Source: an uncultured bacterium (GTDB lineage: Bacteria > Cyanobacteriota > Cyanobacteriia > CAZCXK01). Taken from it: 64,000 bases of DNA. Where the stretch lies: assembly GCA_964502605.1 (NCBI GenBank), contig CAZCXK010000002.1:6649-70648 (forward strand), given 5' to 3'. Position numbers and translations under genes: made by a program. Below are positions 19,339 through 28,833 of the stretch, piece by piece; positions within the stretch are counted from its first letter, which is position 1, and each line of letters starts with the position of its first letter. Under the pieces are notes generated by a model. It saw only the letters and a list, made by a program, of their open reading frames with translations. It did not search any database and was not told where the DNA came from.

Positions 19339-21060
19339 TTACCAGCCCAGTTCGGCCTTGGCTGCTTTTGCAGCTTCTACGACAACTGCTGTAGGCATGT
19401 TTTCCCAAGAGATGTCACCAATTTCTGCATAAAAAGTTTCATCATAGGGGCGAGTTCTGACGACGACTGGCATAGGAACAGCATGTCCCAAGATCAGTGC
19501 CTGCTGCTTGGAGTCGAGCTTGGCCAGCACAGAGCGCAAGTTTTGAGCCCCTGAAACTCCGGTGAAAATCGCATCAATATCTTTCTCGTCATTGAGTAAG
19601 GCTGTGATGCGCGTGCCGACTTGAGACATGACTTCGTTATCAATTCCTGAGGGGCGCTGATCAACAACAAGCAGCGTGACGAAGTATTTTCGCATTTCAC
19701 GGGCAATCGTGCCAAAAATAGTTTGACGTACCGTGCTGGGGTCGAGAAAGCGGTGGGCTTCTTCGATGGTGATCACAAGTGGATGGGGGCGATCGCTCGG
19801 ATTTTTGGTTTGCAAAAACGCTTCGGCTTTCCGCACATAGCTCGCATGAATGCGGCGAGCAATCACATTGGTCGCTAGCATGTAAGACAGCATATTAGAT
19901 TGCGACCCAAACTCCACCACGACATGTTTTCCGGCTTCTAGAGATTGCAAAATTTGACTGACATAATCGTGGGGACAGCTATTGCGAATGTATTTCAAGT
20001 CATCGAGCCGCGTTAGCTTGCGCTGCAACGCCATAATCGAAGACTTGCTGCCCATCTTCGTTTCACAAAATTCCTGAATGTCTTCATTGCTCATGCCGAG
20101 CAGGCGAGTAATCCATGATTTGCCGAACTCATTGCGAAGGATGATGGCATTTTCTAGACTGGCTTCCGAAAGATTGAGCTCACCACTTACCAGCATCAGA
20201 TCTTCAACATCGATCTGGCCATGACTAATAAACAGCTCTTGGGCATCTCGCACCCCTCGCCGCCGAGTTGATTCGGCATCAAGGGTATAGATTTGCACTT
20301 GCCCAGGGAAGAGTTGTCGTAGCCCTTTGACCGTACTGAACTGTTTGCCCTCACTAACTGCCTCCCAGCCATACTCAGAATGCATGTCAAAAATCAAATT
20401 GACTGCAGCCTGTTTGCGAATAATGCCAGACAAGAGCAAGCGCGTCAGAAATGACTTGCCCGTTCCTGATTTGCCGAAAACGCCGTTGCTCCGTTCGACA
20501 AAGCGATCAAGATCTAAGCAGATGGGCACATCCATATCAATAGGTTGCCCGATCGAAAAATTGCGCCGATGGGGATCATCTTCCCAGCCAAACACCGACC
20601 GAAAGTCGCGTTCGCTGGCATCGTGCACCTGGCTAAAGTGACTAGGGATAGTTTTAACCGGCAGCAACTCCATAGCGGCACTGCTCTGAGCTTGATAAGA
20701 TGCGGCCATACTACGGCGACTTTCAACTGGCTCAGATTCGCGACTCGTTCTGCTAGCATGCGGCTCTGGAGTCAACATCAGCATAGGAGATAGATTAATC
20801 GTGCCGTAGGTGCCAGTACCCGCGAGAACTTCTTGCAAAAATGTGTTGCTGGGGTCGGGGGGGTTGGCCACAATGCGATTGCTGGCCGTTCCTAAAGCGA
20901 CATCAGTCAGCATACAGAAAAAGTGCGATCGCACCCCCCGCACTACCAAAAACTTGCCCACCCGCATATCTTCGACCGACACATCGGCATGGAGCCTGAC
21001 TTCTAGTCCTTGACTGAGTGATCCCTGGATAACTGACCCCAGTGGCTGGTCTAACTCCAT
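19339..21060 (-). CDS. HerA/FtsK-superfamily ATPase (DUF87/HerA-like) with HAS-barrel-like N-terminus
   Basis: N-terminal barrel-like segment LGSVIQGSLSQGLEVRL...MRVGKFLVV, Walker A GKSGTGKS, Walker B-like PLVITIEEAHRF, and LLVVDQRPSGID. ATG 21060 is preceded by AAGGGG. The ORF track starts further upstream at 21147. Confidence 0.75.
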   Translation of the reverse strand: MELDQPLGSVIQGSLSQGLEVRLHADVSVEDMRVGKFLVVRGVRSHFFCMLTDVALGTASNRIVANPPDPSNTFLQEVLAGTGTYGTINLSPMLMLTPEPHASRTSRESEPVESRRSMAASYQAQSSAAMELLPVKTIPSHFSQVHDASERDFRSVFGWEDDPHRRNFSIGQPIDMDVPICLDLDRFVERSNGVFGKSGTGKSFLTRLLLSGIIRKQAAVNLIFDMHSEYGWEAVSEGKQFSTVKGLRQLFPGQVQIYTLDAESTRRRGVRDAQELFISHGQIDVEDLMLVSGELNLSEASLENAIILRNEFGKSWITRLLGMSNEDIQEFCETKMGSKSSIMALQRKLTRLDDLKYIRNSCPHDYVSQILQSLEAGKHVVVEFGSQSNMLSYMLATNVIARRIHASYVRKAEAFLQTKNPSDRPHPLVITIEEAHRFLDPSTVRQTIFGTIAREMRKYFVTLLVVDQRPSGIDNEVMSQVGTRITALLNDEKDIDAIFTGVSGAQNLRSVLAKLDSKQQALILGHAVPMPVVVRTRPYDETFYAEIGDISWENMPTAVVVEAAKAAKAELGW

Positions 21061-21334
21061 GGCAATTCCCCTTAAAGCACCGAGCCGATGGGCTTGTCTC
21101 ACTCTAGTAATACATATGTTTATCGCAAAGTCAAAGGGACGCATCATTACCCTGATGCTAAACCCTGATACTAATCAGATGTGTTCTACCCCAAGCCATC
21201 GATCTACAGAGCTGCTCTACTGCCTATAGAGTCGTGTTGAGAGGTCAGACTGATGGCTAGCCTACAGTTTGGTTTCAGATTTCTGGTTACGGTTTTCTAA
21301 CACAGATCTAAAAACAACTCCAGATCACTTGCTG

Positions 21335-21856
21335 ATGAATGATCGAATCGCTAAATTTCTATCTAGAGGCGTATTCCTCTCATGCGCGATCGCCCTTCTT
21401 TTTACATTGCCAACCGGAGACTCGTTGCCAACAAACCGGCAACAGCGCCCCCAACCCAACTTGTCACCGCCAGCAAATCAAGACAGTCGAGCGATGGATT
21501 TGACAGATACAGATCGAATTGCTATTCGCACAGTCATTGAGCAACAGATTCAAGCGTTTCGGCAGGACGATGCAGCCACTGCATTTTCGTTTGCAAGCCC
21601 AGCAATTCAAAGTCAGTTTGGCTCAGCTGAGCGGTTTATGGAGATGGTTAAGTCGTCATACATTGCGGTCTATCGTCCGCGTTCGGTGATGTTTGAAGGC
21701 ATTACAGTCATTGAGGGAAATCTATCGCAGCAGGTGATTCTGTTAGACCCGGATGGTGGATTAGTGAACGCTTATTATTTGATGGAACGGCAGTCAGATC
21801 AGAGCTGGCGCATCAGCGGGTGTATGGTGATGCCGCTGGAAGGTCAGAGCATTTGA
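21335..21856 (+). CDS. DUF4864-like (NTF2-fold) protein with signal/anchor sequence
   Basis: The segment IAIRTVIEQQIQAFRQDDAATAFSFASPAIQSQFGSAERFMEMVKSSYIAVYRPRSV matches DUF4864 as I remember it. ATG 21335 gives an N-terminal hydrophobic segment. Confidence 0.55.
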   Translation: MNDRIAKFLSRGVFLSCAIALLFTLPTGDSLPTNRQQRPQPNLSPPANQDSRAMDLTDTDRIAIRTVIEQQIQAFRQDDAATAFSFASPAIQSQFGSAERFMEMVKSSYIAVYRPRSVMFEGITVIEGNLSQQVILLDPDGGLVNAYYLMERQSDQSWRISGCMVMPLEGQSI

Positions 21857-22385
21857 TATAGCGTTCAAAGCGGTAGCCGGGGTGATGATCCTGTGCAATC
21901 AAGCAGAAGCGATCGCCCACGAGATGCTCCCATTCAGGAAATCTGGCATCGCCATCATAGTGGCTTTCAATCAATGTCAGCTCTAGGCCATCTGCCCAGT
22001 TGAGAGTTTGAGCATAGACCGATGCTCCACCAATGATGAATACTTTAGAGTGGCACTGGGCTTGTTCCAGGGCTGCATGAAGGGAGTCTACAAAGGATAA
22101 ACCAGGCGGTGTTGATGGATGCTGCTGATAGCGCTGTGGAGAGCCTGTCACTACTAGATTCAGACGATTGGGTAAGGCTTTCTTGTTGAGACCTAATTCC
22201 CAAGTTTTACGTCCCATGATGATGGCATGGCCGCTGGTGAGGCGCTTAAAACGCTGCAAGTCTTCTGGGATATGCCACGGCAGTTTGCCCGCATTACCGA
22301 TGACGCGACTGGATGCGACTAAAGCTGCAATTAAGATGATGCGCGAGGACGTAATGGGCGCAGATAGCATGGGCACAGATGTCAT
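21813..22385 (-). CDS. folA: dihydrofolate reductase
   Basis: IILIAAL..SRVIGNAGKLPWHIPEDLQRFKRLTSGHAIIMGRKTWE and IIGGASVY. The start ATG overlaps the LysR stop as ATGA. Confidence 0.85.
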   Translation of the reverse strand: MTSVPMLSAPITSSRIILIAALVASSRVIGNAGKLPWHIPEDLQRFKRLTSGHAIIMGRKTWELGLNKKALPNRLNLVVTGSPQRYQQHPSTPPGLSFVDSLHAALEQAQCHSKVFIIGGASVYAQTLNWADGLELTLIESHYDGDARFPEWEHLVGDRFCLIAQDHHPGYRFERYIKCSDLPAASPYTR

Positions 22386-23299
22386 AGAAACTGCTGTGCA
22401 TGGGCCCAGTCTTGAGCTTGGGTCAAAAATGCAGCCACGGCGGGCGTTGTAGGCGCAGACGAAATTCGCGCTAGCGCCAGCTTGCGAGAGGCGCGGGGAG
22501 TCAGGTGCAGCACCTGCAGGCGATCGCTATCATCAGGCAACGCCAGTTCTGGAACAATGGTGACTCCAATCCCTTCTTGCACCATGGCGAAAATAGTTTT
22601 GGAGTCAAGGACTTCAAACTGGATGCGTGGGGTGACATGAGCCTGTCGAAACAGGTGGTTGATCATGGACTTGCAACCTGCATTCGACATGATAAATGGT
22701 TCTTGAGCAAGCTGCTCAAACGTGATGTGTGGACAGTGAGCTAAGGGATGAGAGGAGGAAACCACTGCCAAAAAATCGTCTTGGGCGATCGCCATTGTAT
22801 CGAGTTCGTTGCAGGGCAGCGTGACCACTCCAAGATCTACCGTGCGAGACATGATCCACTGCTTGACTTCATCATCGGTGCCTTCAAACAGAAGGGTGTC
22901 AATACCAGGATAGCGCTGCTGAAACTGCCGCAATAACCCCGGCAAAAAACGAGCGGAAATACTTGGAAAACTCGCCAGTCGAATCTTACCCGTTTCTAGT
23001 CCAACTGCTGCTGCTGCTGCTTGTTGAATTTGCTCCGCCTTGCTTAGAATGTCGCGCGTCAGTATAACGATGCGCTGCCCCAGTTCTGTGAGGCGTGGCG
23101 TGGCGTGACGGGTGGTGCGATTGCGGCGCGCATCGCGCTCTAGCAAAGAAACGCCTAGCTCATGCTCTAGGGTGGCGATCGCATGACTGACCGCTGATTG
23201 CGTCAGGCCGAGATGTTCACTGGCTCCTGTAAAGCTGCCTATTTCAACTACGGCAATCAACGCTTGCAGTTGAGTCAGAGTAATATGAATTTTTTTCAT
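22382..23299 (-). CDS. LysR-family transcriptional regulator
   Basis: N-terminal HTH (LQALIAVVEIGSFTGASEHLGLTQSAVSHAIATLE) plus a LysR substrate-binding domain. Divergent from the EamA transporter gene. Confidence 0.9.
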   Translation of the reverse strand: MKKIHITLTQLQALIAVVEIGSFTGASEHLGLTQSAVSHAIATLEHELGVSLLERDARRNRTTRHATPRLTELGQRIVILTRDILSKAEQIQQAAAAAVGLETGKIRLASFPSISARFLPGLLRQFQQRYPGIDTLLFEGTDDEVKQWIMSRTVDLGVVTLPCNELDTMAIAQDDFLAVVSSSHPLAHCPHITFEQLAQEPFIMSNAGCKSMINHLFRQAHVTPRIQFEVLDSKTIFAMVQEGIGVTIVPELALPDDSDRLQVLHLTPRASRKLALARISSAPTTPAVAAFLTQAQDWAHAQQFL

Positions 23300-23516
23300 A
23301 AAAATTGTGAATTAAATCGATTTGATTCATTATAGGCAGTCCGTTATCCTGACTTGGAGGCGGTTTTAAAACAACTGTCTTGATCCTCGGCGTCTTCTGT
23401 AAAACCCGAAGCATTTATGGATCGCATCGATTGAGACGCTGAGAATCGTGTAGAGTCATGCTCCCATTCAGCAATGGCCTGACTGCGATCCAGGGCATAA
23501 CGGTACGGAGGAAGCA

Positions 23517-24410
23517 ATGATGAGTCTGCGTCACGGGGCAATGCTAATGGTGCTGGCCGCAATTTGGGGAGCATCGTTTTTATTTATTCGGGTAGCTGCT
23601 CCTGTTCTCGGCCCGGCCGTGTTGGTGGAGTGTCGGGTGGTGCTCGCTGCTGCCGTATTGTGGATCTACGCGATCGCCACTCGTCAGGCAGCACATTGGA
23701 AAATGCGTTGGAAACCTTATTTGACGCTGGGCGCATTAAATAGCGCAATTCCATTTTTGTTGATTGCCACTGCAGAATTACATCTGACGGCTTCCATGGC
23801 GGCGATTTTGAATGCCATGATTCCTCTGTTTAGCGTTTTGGTTGCGGCGATCGCCCGTCTAGAAGCACTAACCGCACGGCGGATCATTAGCCTTTGGGTC
23901 GGGTTTACAGGCGTCTTGATTTTGGTGGGCTGGAGCCCCTTGCCATTGACAGCTGATGTACTCATTGCGGTCGGCTTATCTTTGCTGGCGTCTCTGTTTT
24001 ATGCCCTTGGCGGTGTTTATAGCAAAACGATGATCCACGCCGAGTCGTCTCTTGACTGGGCGATTGGCCAACAGATGGCCACGAGTCTGTTATTGTTTCC
24101 ACTGGCTGTGGTGCAGATGCCTCAGCAGATGCCGCCCCTGTCCGTTAGCCTTTCCGTGGCGGCTCTGGCCGTGTTCTCAACGGCGATCGCCTACTTGATC
24201 TATTTCGCGCTGATCCGCGATATTGGGGCAACCAGTACCCTCAGCGTGGCATTGCTCATCCCCATTTTTGGTACACTTTGGGGCGCATTGTTCTTAAACG
24301 AATCGCTGACGACAGGCACATTTGTTGGGTTAGCGCTGATCTTAGCCAGCATCGCTTGGGCAACTCACAGCCCCTCCTCTCATAAGGGTCACCCCATAGA
24401 CAAGTCGTAG
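23517..24410 (+). CDS. EamA/DMT-family transporter (10 TM)
   Basis: 297-aa polytopic protein with a duplicated EamA-like architecture. GGAG lies 7 nt upstream of the ATG. Confidence 0.8.
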   Translation: MMSLRHGAMLMVLAAIWGASFLFIRVAAPVLGPAVLVECRVVLAAAVLWIYAIATRQAAHWKMRWKPYLTLGALNSAIPFLLIATAELHLTASMAAILNAMIPLFSVLVAAIARLEALTARRIISLWVGFTGVLILVGWSPLPLTADVLIAVGLSLLASLFYALGGVYSKTMIHAESSLDWAIGQQMATSLLLFPLAVVQMPQQMPPLSVSLSVAALAVFSTAIAYLIYFALIRDIGATSTLSVALLIPIFGTLWGALFLNESLTTGTFVGLALILASIAWATHSPSSHKGHPIDKS

Positions 24411-24540
24411 AAATCTAGTAAGACTCAGGCATTTGAGCCACTTTAATTAGAGACAGCAACTAGAGACAGCCGGATTGCGGCGATCGCCCCATTGCAGCCT
24501 AGCCTCCTTGCACATAGATTAAGGCGACTTTAGTAAAATT

Positions 24541-25167
24541 GTGCATAACATAGCAGAGCAGCACTTCACTATTGATCTGATATCTGACGCATTGATTTTG
24601 ACGCACTGGGCTGATGTGATGAATAATTGGTCGATTTGGTTTCCCACCTCAAACTCATGGCTGAGTGCTGCCTTTTTAACCCTACTCACCAGCGGGTTAG
24701 CAGCTAGCGCAGCGTTTGCGTGGCAAATTGCCCTGTTTTTAGCCCGTATCTCCCCTCAGTTTGGGCTGATCTTCGGCATGATTGCGGTGTTATCGCCCAT
24801 CATTTTGGTTGCCATCATGCATCACTTGTTGCACCTGATCTTGGATCGGTTCTTCCCAGAGACGCAACTCCCCGGCATGACTGGAAATACAGGCGTTTTG
24901 CCCGGTCTAATGAGCTGGTGGGAAGGGCTATACAGTTGGCTTGTAATTGTGCTTGCAACTGTTTTATCGACCGCAATTATCGGCTCATTTCCGCTATCGC
25001 TCAGTTTTCTAGATAATCTAGTCAATCTATGGGATCGGGCTCGACCCTTCTTTCGCCTCTCGACATTGGTCTGGGTTTTGATTGCAGCCTATCTCTATCA
25101 TTTCGAGCACCTTGTGCAGCAGCGACTGATGTCGATGGCTCATGATGAAGGAGAAGACGATGGCTAA
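24541..25167 (+). CDS. hypothetical integral membrane protein
   Basis: Four or five hydrophobic helices and an acidic C-terminus HDEGEDDG. The start is uncertain (GTG 24541 or ATG 24619). Confidence 0.5.
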   Translation: MHNIAEQHFTIDLISDALILTHWADVMNNWSIWFPTSNSWLSAAFLTLLTSGLAASAAFAWQIALFLARISPQFGLIFGMIAVLSPIILVAIMHHLLHLILDRFFPETQLPGMTGNTGVLPGLMSWWEGLYSWLVIVLATVLSTAIIGSFPLSLSFLDNLVNLWDRARPFFRLSTLVWVLIAAYLYHFEHLVQQRLMSMAHDEGEDDG

Positions 25168-25218
25168 CCCTGCGGGCGATCGCCTCTGCATGGTGGCCTC
25201 TGTGTAAATGGCACAGAC

Positions 25219-25878
25219 CTAGCGCGTCGGCAGATAGACCACCCGAGCATCAAAGCCCTGATCCCGCAGTTCGCGACTGAGATCTTCAGCCAGCGATCGC
25301 CTGGAAAACGCACCCGCCTGCACATAGGTTCCTCGGCGAGACTCTGTGAGAGCTGCAGCAGGAATCAGCGCTTGTACCCGCTCTAGTACGGTGTTATGTC
25401 GAGCCGGAACTGCCACAACATAGGGCGCATCGTCGGGTTGTTCCACCACAATTGCTTCAGCATCGACGTCAGCATCTGATTCAGACTCGACATCAAAGTC
25501 AGGTGAGGTACCCTCTACGGCCTCATCCGGCACGTCTTCCAATCGATAAATGTCTGATGGCTGATCTGGGACAGATGAAGGTGGTTGAACGTTAGAATTT
25601 GGCGACGGCTCTGCTAAGGTATCACCTGTAATTTCATCTACTTGTTCGATTTCATCTACTTGTTCGATTTCATCTACTTGTTCGATTTCATCCACTTGTT
25701 CGATTTCATCCACTTGTTCGATTTCATCCACTTGTTCGTTAGACATATCAGACTCGATCTGAGAGGCAAACTGGGGCTCTGGCGATTGAGCCATAGCAGT
25801 CGGAATCGAGAGGATAGCGACTAGTGAGACTATTAAGAATTGAGAATATTTCCCTTGATGATGCTGTGTAAAATTCAT
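25219..25878 (-). CDS. secreted SPOR-domain-like protein with (EQVDEI)x6 repeat
   Basis: Signal peptide FLIVSLVAILSIPTAMA, an acidic repeat region, and a C-terminal segment YVVAVPA...GTYVQAGAFSRRSLAEDLSRELRDQGFDARVVYL that looks like a SPOR fold. ATG 25878 is preferred. Confidence 0.65.
   Translation of the reverse strand: MNFTQHHQGKYSQFLIVSLVAILSIPTAMAQSPEPQFASQIESDMSNEQVDEIEQVDEIEQVDEIEQVDEIEQVDEIEQVDEITGDTLAEPSPNSNVQPPSSVPDQPSDIYRLEDVPDEAVEGTSPDFDVESESDADVDAEAIVVEQPDDAPYVVAVPARHNTVLERVQALIPAAALTESRRGTYVQAGAFSRRSLAEDLSRELRDQGFDARVVYLPTR
25631..25738. repeat. 18-bp perfect tandem repeat x6 inside a CDS
   Basis: ATTTCATC[T/C]ACTTGTTCG repeated 6 times. Copies 1-3 carry T and copies 4-6 carry C at the same synonymous position. 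Confidence 0.95.
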
Positions 25879-26412
25879 AGGCAATTCAGAATTTTGAGTG
25901 GTGCAATTTCGTCTTATTTTATGCAATTTCTATCCAAATAATTGACAATAAGGCCGATCATTGTAAATTAGTTAATCAACGAACACAGCTTTCTAGATTC
26001 AAGCACTAAAAGCTACTGTCGATAGAGCCAAAACGAACCATATAGAGGGCTCACGGGGGCAGGTTAGACTTAGAGTATTATCTATGGCATCGCATTTGTA
26101 GCTCACACTAATGACGTGGATGATCGGGTTTCCCAATCACCTCTTGTTGAATCCTCACTACTGCTATTGTGCTTGATGAAGCAACCCGTATTCGATTAAA
26201 TCTGCTAAATTCTGCTTAAATCTGCGTGTGTGACCCTTGCAAAACCTCAGATAGCCCATATGAGCGGCATCGTGACCTCCTTAACCTGCTGATCATCGAA
26301 AAACCAACCTCATCTGTCGATCGCACGAGGCTATTCGATTTCATGCTCTCCCTGCCGTCTAACCAAACAATTGCAGCAGTCGTCACTACGCCACCTGGCA
26401 AACGTCAGAGTT

Positions 26413-28824
26413 ATGAACTTGCGGTTCCTTAATTTGAAGGGCAAGTGGCCTGACATCGGATGGTTGACACTTCCTGGACTCCTTTCGGCTGGCATTGTCG
26501 CTTTCTTGGTACAACTTGGTGCCGAACAGCCCTTTGAACAATTAGCCTACACATTATTGTTTCAGCTTCGCGGGAGCCAACCTTGGGACGCACGCATCGC
26601 CATCATCGCCATTGACGAACCTAGCCTGGAAGCATTGGGGTCATTCCCGCTCGATCGCCAATACTATGCAAGGTTGTTCGGCATTCTGTCAGAGGCTCAG
26701 GCGAATATCATTGTGACCAGCATCATCTTGGCTGACTCCAATCCTGCAGATGTGCAACTAGCTGAGGCGATGGATCAGCACGGCGGCATCGTCTTGGCTC
26801 AAGCATGGGATACACAGGGGCAGGTCATTTTACCCAATCCAGAGTTGCTGGATGCGGCGGTCAATATTGGCCATGTGCTCAATGTGCCGGGTGCAGATGG
26901 CATTACTCGCCAAGTTGAGGCTCAGATTCAGGGAATTCCTGCGTTGGGAGTGGCGGCTGTCGAAGCCTATACCTTGATAGGAGGCGATGCAGTAGTACCG
27001 TCTACCCATTCATCAATGTGGGTCAACTGGCCGGGGCCGATTAGCCAAGTTCCCCAGTATGCTCTCAGTGACGTATTAGCCAGGCGGATTTCTCCTGCAA
27101 AATTTGATAACAAAATTGTGGTGTTTGGTGTGGCAGCTACCGGGTTTGATCCACTCAGAACTCCGTATAATCGCATTCCTCCGGCGAATAGCGTGCATCT
27201 CCATGCCGCCGTAATTGACAATCTCCTCAACGACTCGTTTCTTCGTGTTCCCGAGTCATATTGGACGGGAGTGCTGATCGTGGTGGGCGGCCCTGTCTTG
27301 GGCATTGCGCTAGCCTATCGGAGACAGAGGCCCTTGTGGGTGATTTGGCTAGCTCTATCGATCGCGTGGGCAGGCATAACCTTGATCATGTTTCAGAGTG
27401 GCCATTGGCTCCCAGTTATATGGGTGCTGATGCTGTTTGCGCTGACGGCTGCCACCACTGATATCGGCGAACGCATGAAGGCTAATTTGCGACTGCAACG
27501 GGATATCGAACGGCTGTGGCGGGCCTATTATCCAGATTTGTTAGCGGCGTCTGCTGTCGGCTCTTACCTGGCAGATTCGGGCTTGATAGATTCAGGCTCG
27601 ACATGCCTTGGGCAACATTCTAATCTCGAAGTTGCAGCGTTCATGCCACCCCATCAATCGGCTTACCCCATCGCGATGCAACGGGCATGGCAGCTGGCAC
27701 AGCTAGCTGACCAGTTTGGGCGATCGCAATCTGCTCATGCCGCGATCGCCCGTAGTCTCTCTGTTGGGCTGTTGGCAGCCGATTGGGGTGGGCGCGTGTG
27801 GTTTTGCAATCCCGTAGCGGCTGAGTTACTAACCATCCAGGTGGGCGATCGCCTTGATCAGCACCTCATTCCTACCTGGATCGATGAACTGTCTTGGCAT
27901 CAGCATCTGCACACCCTCCAGCAGTCGCAGCCAGTTTCTTGGGAGGTATCGCAGGGCGATCGCTGGTTTGATCTGCGGCTAGAACCACTAATTTATTCTC
28001 CGCCATTGGGCGCGGCAAGCACCGGGTCAGCAGCCCCTCCTGACCCCACTCGACCCAGGGGAGTTTTAATGTTGATCGAAGATATTACACCCTACAAGCA
28101 GGTCGAGTATGAGATTCGGAAAGCATTAGCGCAAGAGCAAGAGTTTGGTGAACTCAAGTCTCGGTTTGTCTCGATGGTGTCCCATGAGATTCGGACGCCC
28201 TTGGCGATTCTGAGAACGGCAACAGAATTGCTTGAGCGGTATGGCCATCTGGCTAGCGAGCAGAAAAAGCAGCACTATTTTCTGCAAATTCGAACGGCGA
28301 TCGCCAATATGACACAACTGCTCGAAGATGTGCTGATTGTCAGCAAGGCTGAAGCTGGCAAGCTCGACCTCAATCTGATGCCGATTCAACTGGTGGAGTT
28401 TTGCCAGGAGATTGTGCATGAATTCCAAACAACGCTGGGCGTAGATCACCATATTGTGTTCGATGCATTATCACAGTTGCCAGAGATCAATGGCGATCGC
28501 AACATTCTGCGTTTGGTGCTGGTCAATTTGCTATCCAATGCGATCAAATATTCCCCCTTGCATTCCTCGATTCATCTGGTGTTGAAGCAGCAGGGCGATC
28601 GCGTGATCGTGCAAGTCCGCGATGAAGGGATTGGCATCCCGCTGGATGATCAGCAGCGGATCTTTGAAGAGTTTCACCGGGCCAATAATGTCGGCAGCAC
28701 ACCCGGTACGGGGTTGGGGCTGGCCATCGTCAAACACTGTGTTGAGCTGCATGATGGCACGATTCTGTTTACCAGCGAACCTGGAATGGGCTCCGTGTTT
28801 ACCGTGACGCTGCCGATTGGTTGA
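26413..28824 (+). CDS. CHASE2-domain sensor histidine kinase
   Basis: N-terminal TM helix, a periplasmic CHASE2-like domain (IAIIAIDEPSL...FPLDRQYYARL), three TM helices, a PAS-like region, H-box VSHEIRTPL and G-box GTGLGLAIV. ATG 26413 is preferred over TTG 26371. Confidence 0.85.
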   Translation: MNLRFLNLKGKWPDIGWLTLPGLLSAGIVAFLVQLGAEQPFEQLAYTLLFQLRGSQPWDARIAIIAIDEPSLEALGSFPLDRQYYARLFGILSEAQANIIVTSIILADSNPADVQLAEAMDQHGGIVLAQAWDTQGQVILPNPELLDAAVNIGHVLNVPGADGITRQVEAQIQGIPALGVAAVEAYTLIGGDAVVPSTHSSMWVNWPGPISQVPQYALSDVLARRISPAKFDNKIVVFGVAATGFDPLRTPYNRIPPANSVHLHAAVIDNLLNDSFLRVPESYWTGVLIVVGGPVLGIALAYRRQRPLWVIWLALSIAWAGITLIMFQSGHWLPVIWVLMLFALTAATTDIGERMKANLRLQRDIERLWRAYYPDLLAASAVGSYLADSGLIDSGSTCLGQHSNLEVAAFMPPHQSAYPIAMQRAWQLAQLADQFGRSQSAHAAIARSLSVGLLAADWGGRVWFCNPVAAELLTIQVGDRLDQHLIPTWIDELSWHQHLHTLQQSQPVSWEVSQGDRWFDLRLEPLIYSPPLGAASTGSAAPPDPTRPRGVLMLIEDITPYKQVEYEIRKALAQEQEFGELKSRFVSMVSHEIRTPLAILRTATELLERYGHLASEQKKQHYFLQIRTAIANMTQLLEDVLIVSKAEAGKLDLNLMPIQLVEFCQEIVHEFQTTLGVDHHIVFDALSQLPEINGDRNILRLVLVNLLSNAIKYSPLHSSIHLVLKQQGDRVIVQVRDEGIGIPLDDQQRIFEEFHRANNVGSTPGTGLGLAIVKHCVELHDGTILFTSEPGMGSVFTVTLPIG

Positions 28825-28833
28825 TTCTGATAC

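Noticed and set aside
19339-21060. HerA considered as part of a known HerA-NurA, SIR2-HerA or DUF4297-HerA pair
   Set aside because: No nuclease, SIR2 or DUF4297-like ORF is adjacent on either side. It is reported as an unexplained pairing instead.
25631-25738. Regularly spaced 18-bp repeats considered as a possible CRISPR array, along with the 84-bp array at 31389-31640
   Set aside because: The 18-bp units are contiguous, have no spacers, and lie in frame inside a CDS. The 84-bp units are whole-unit tandem copies without unique spacers, and no cas genes are present.
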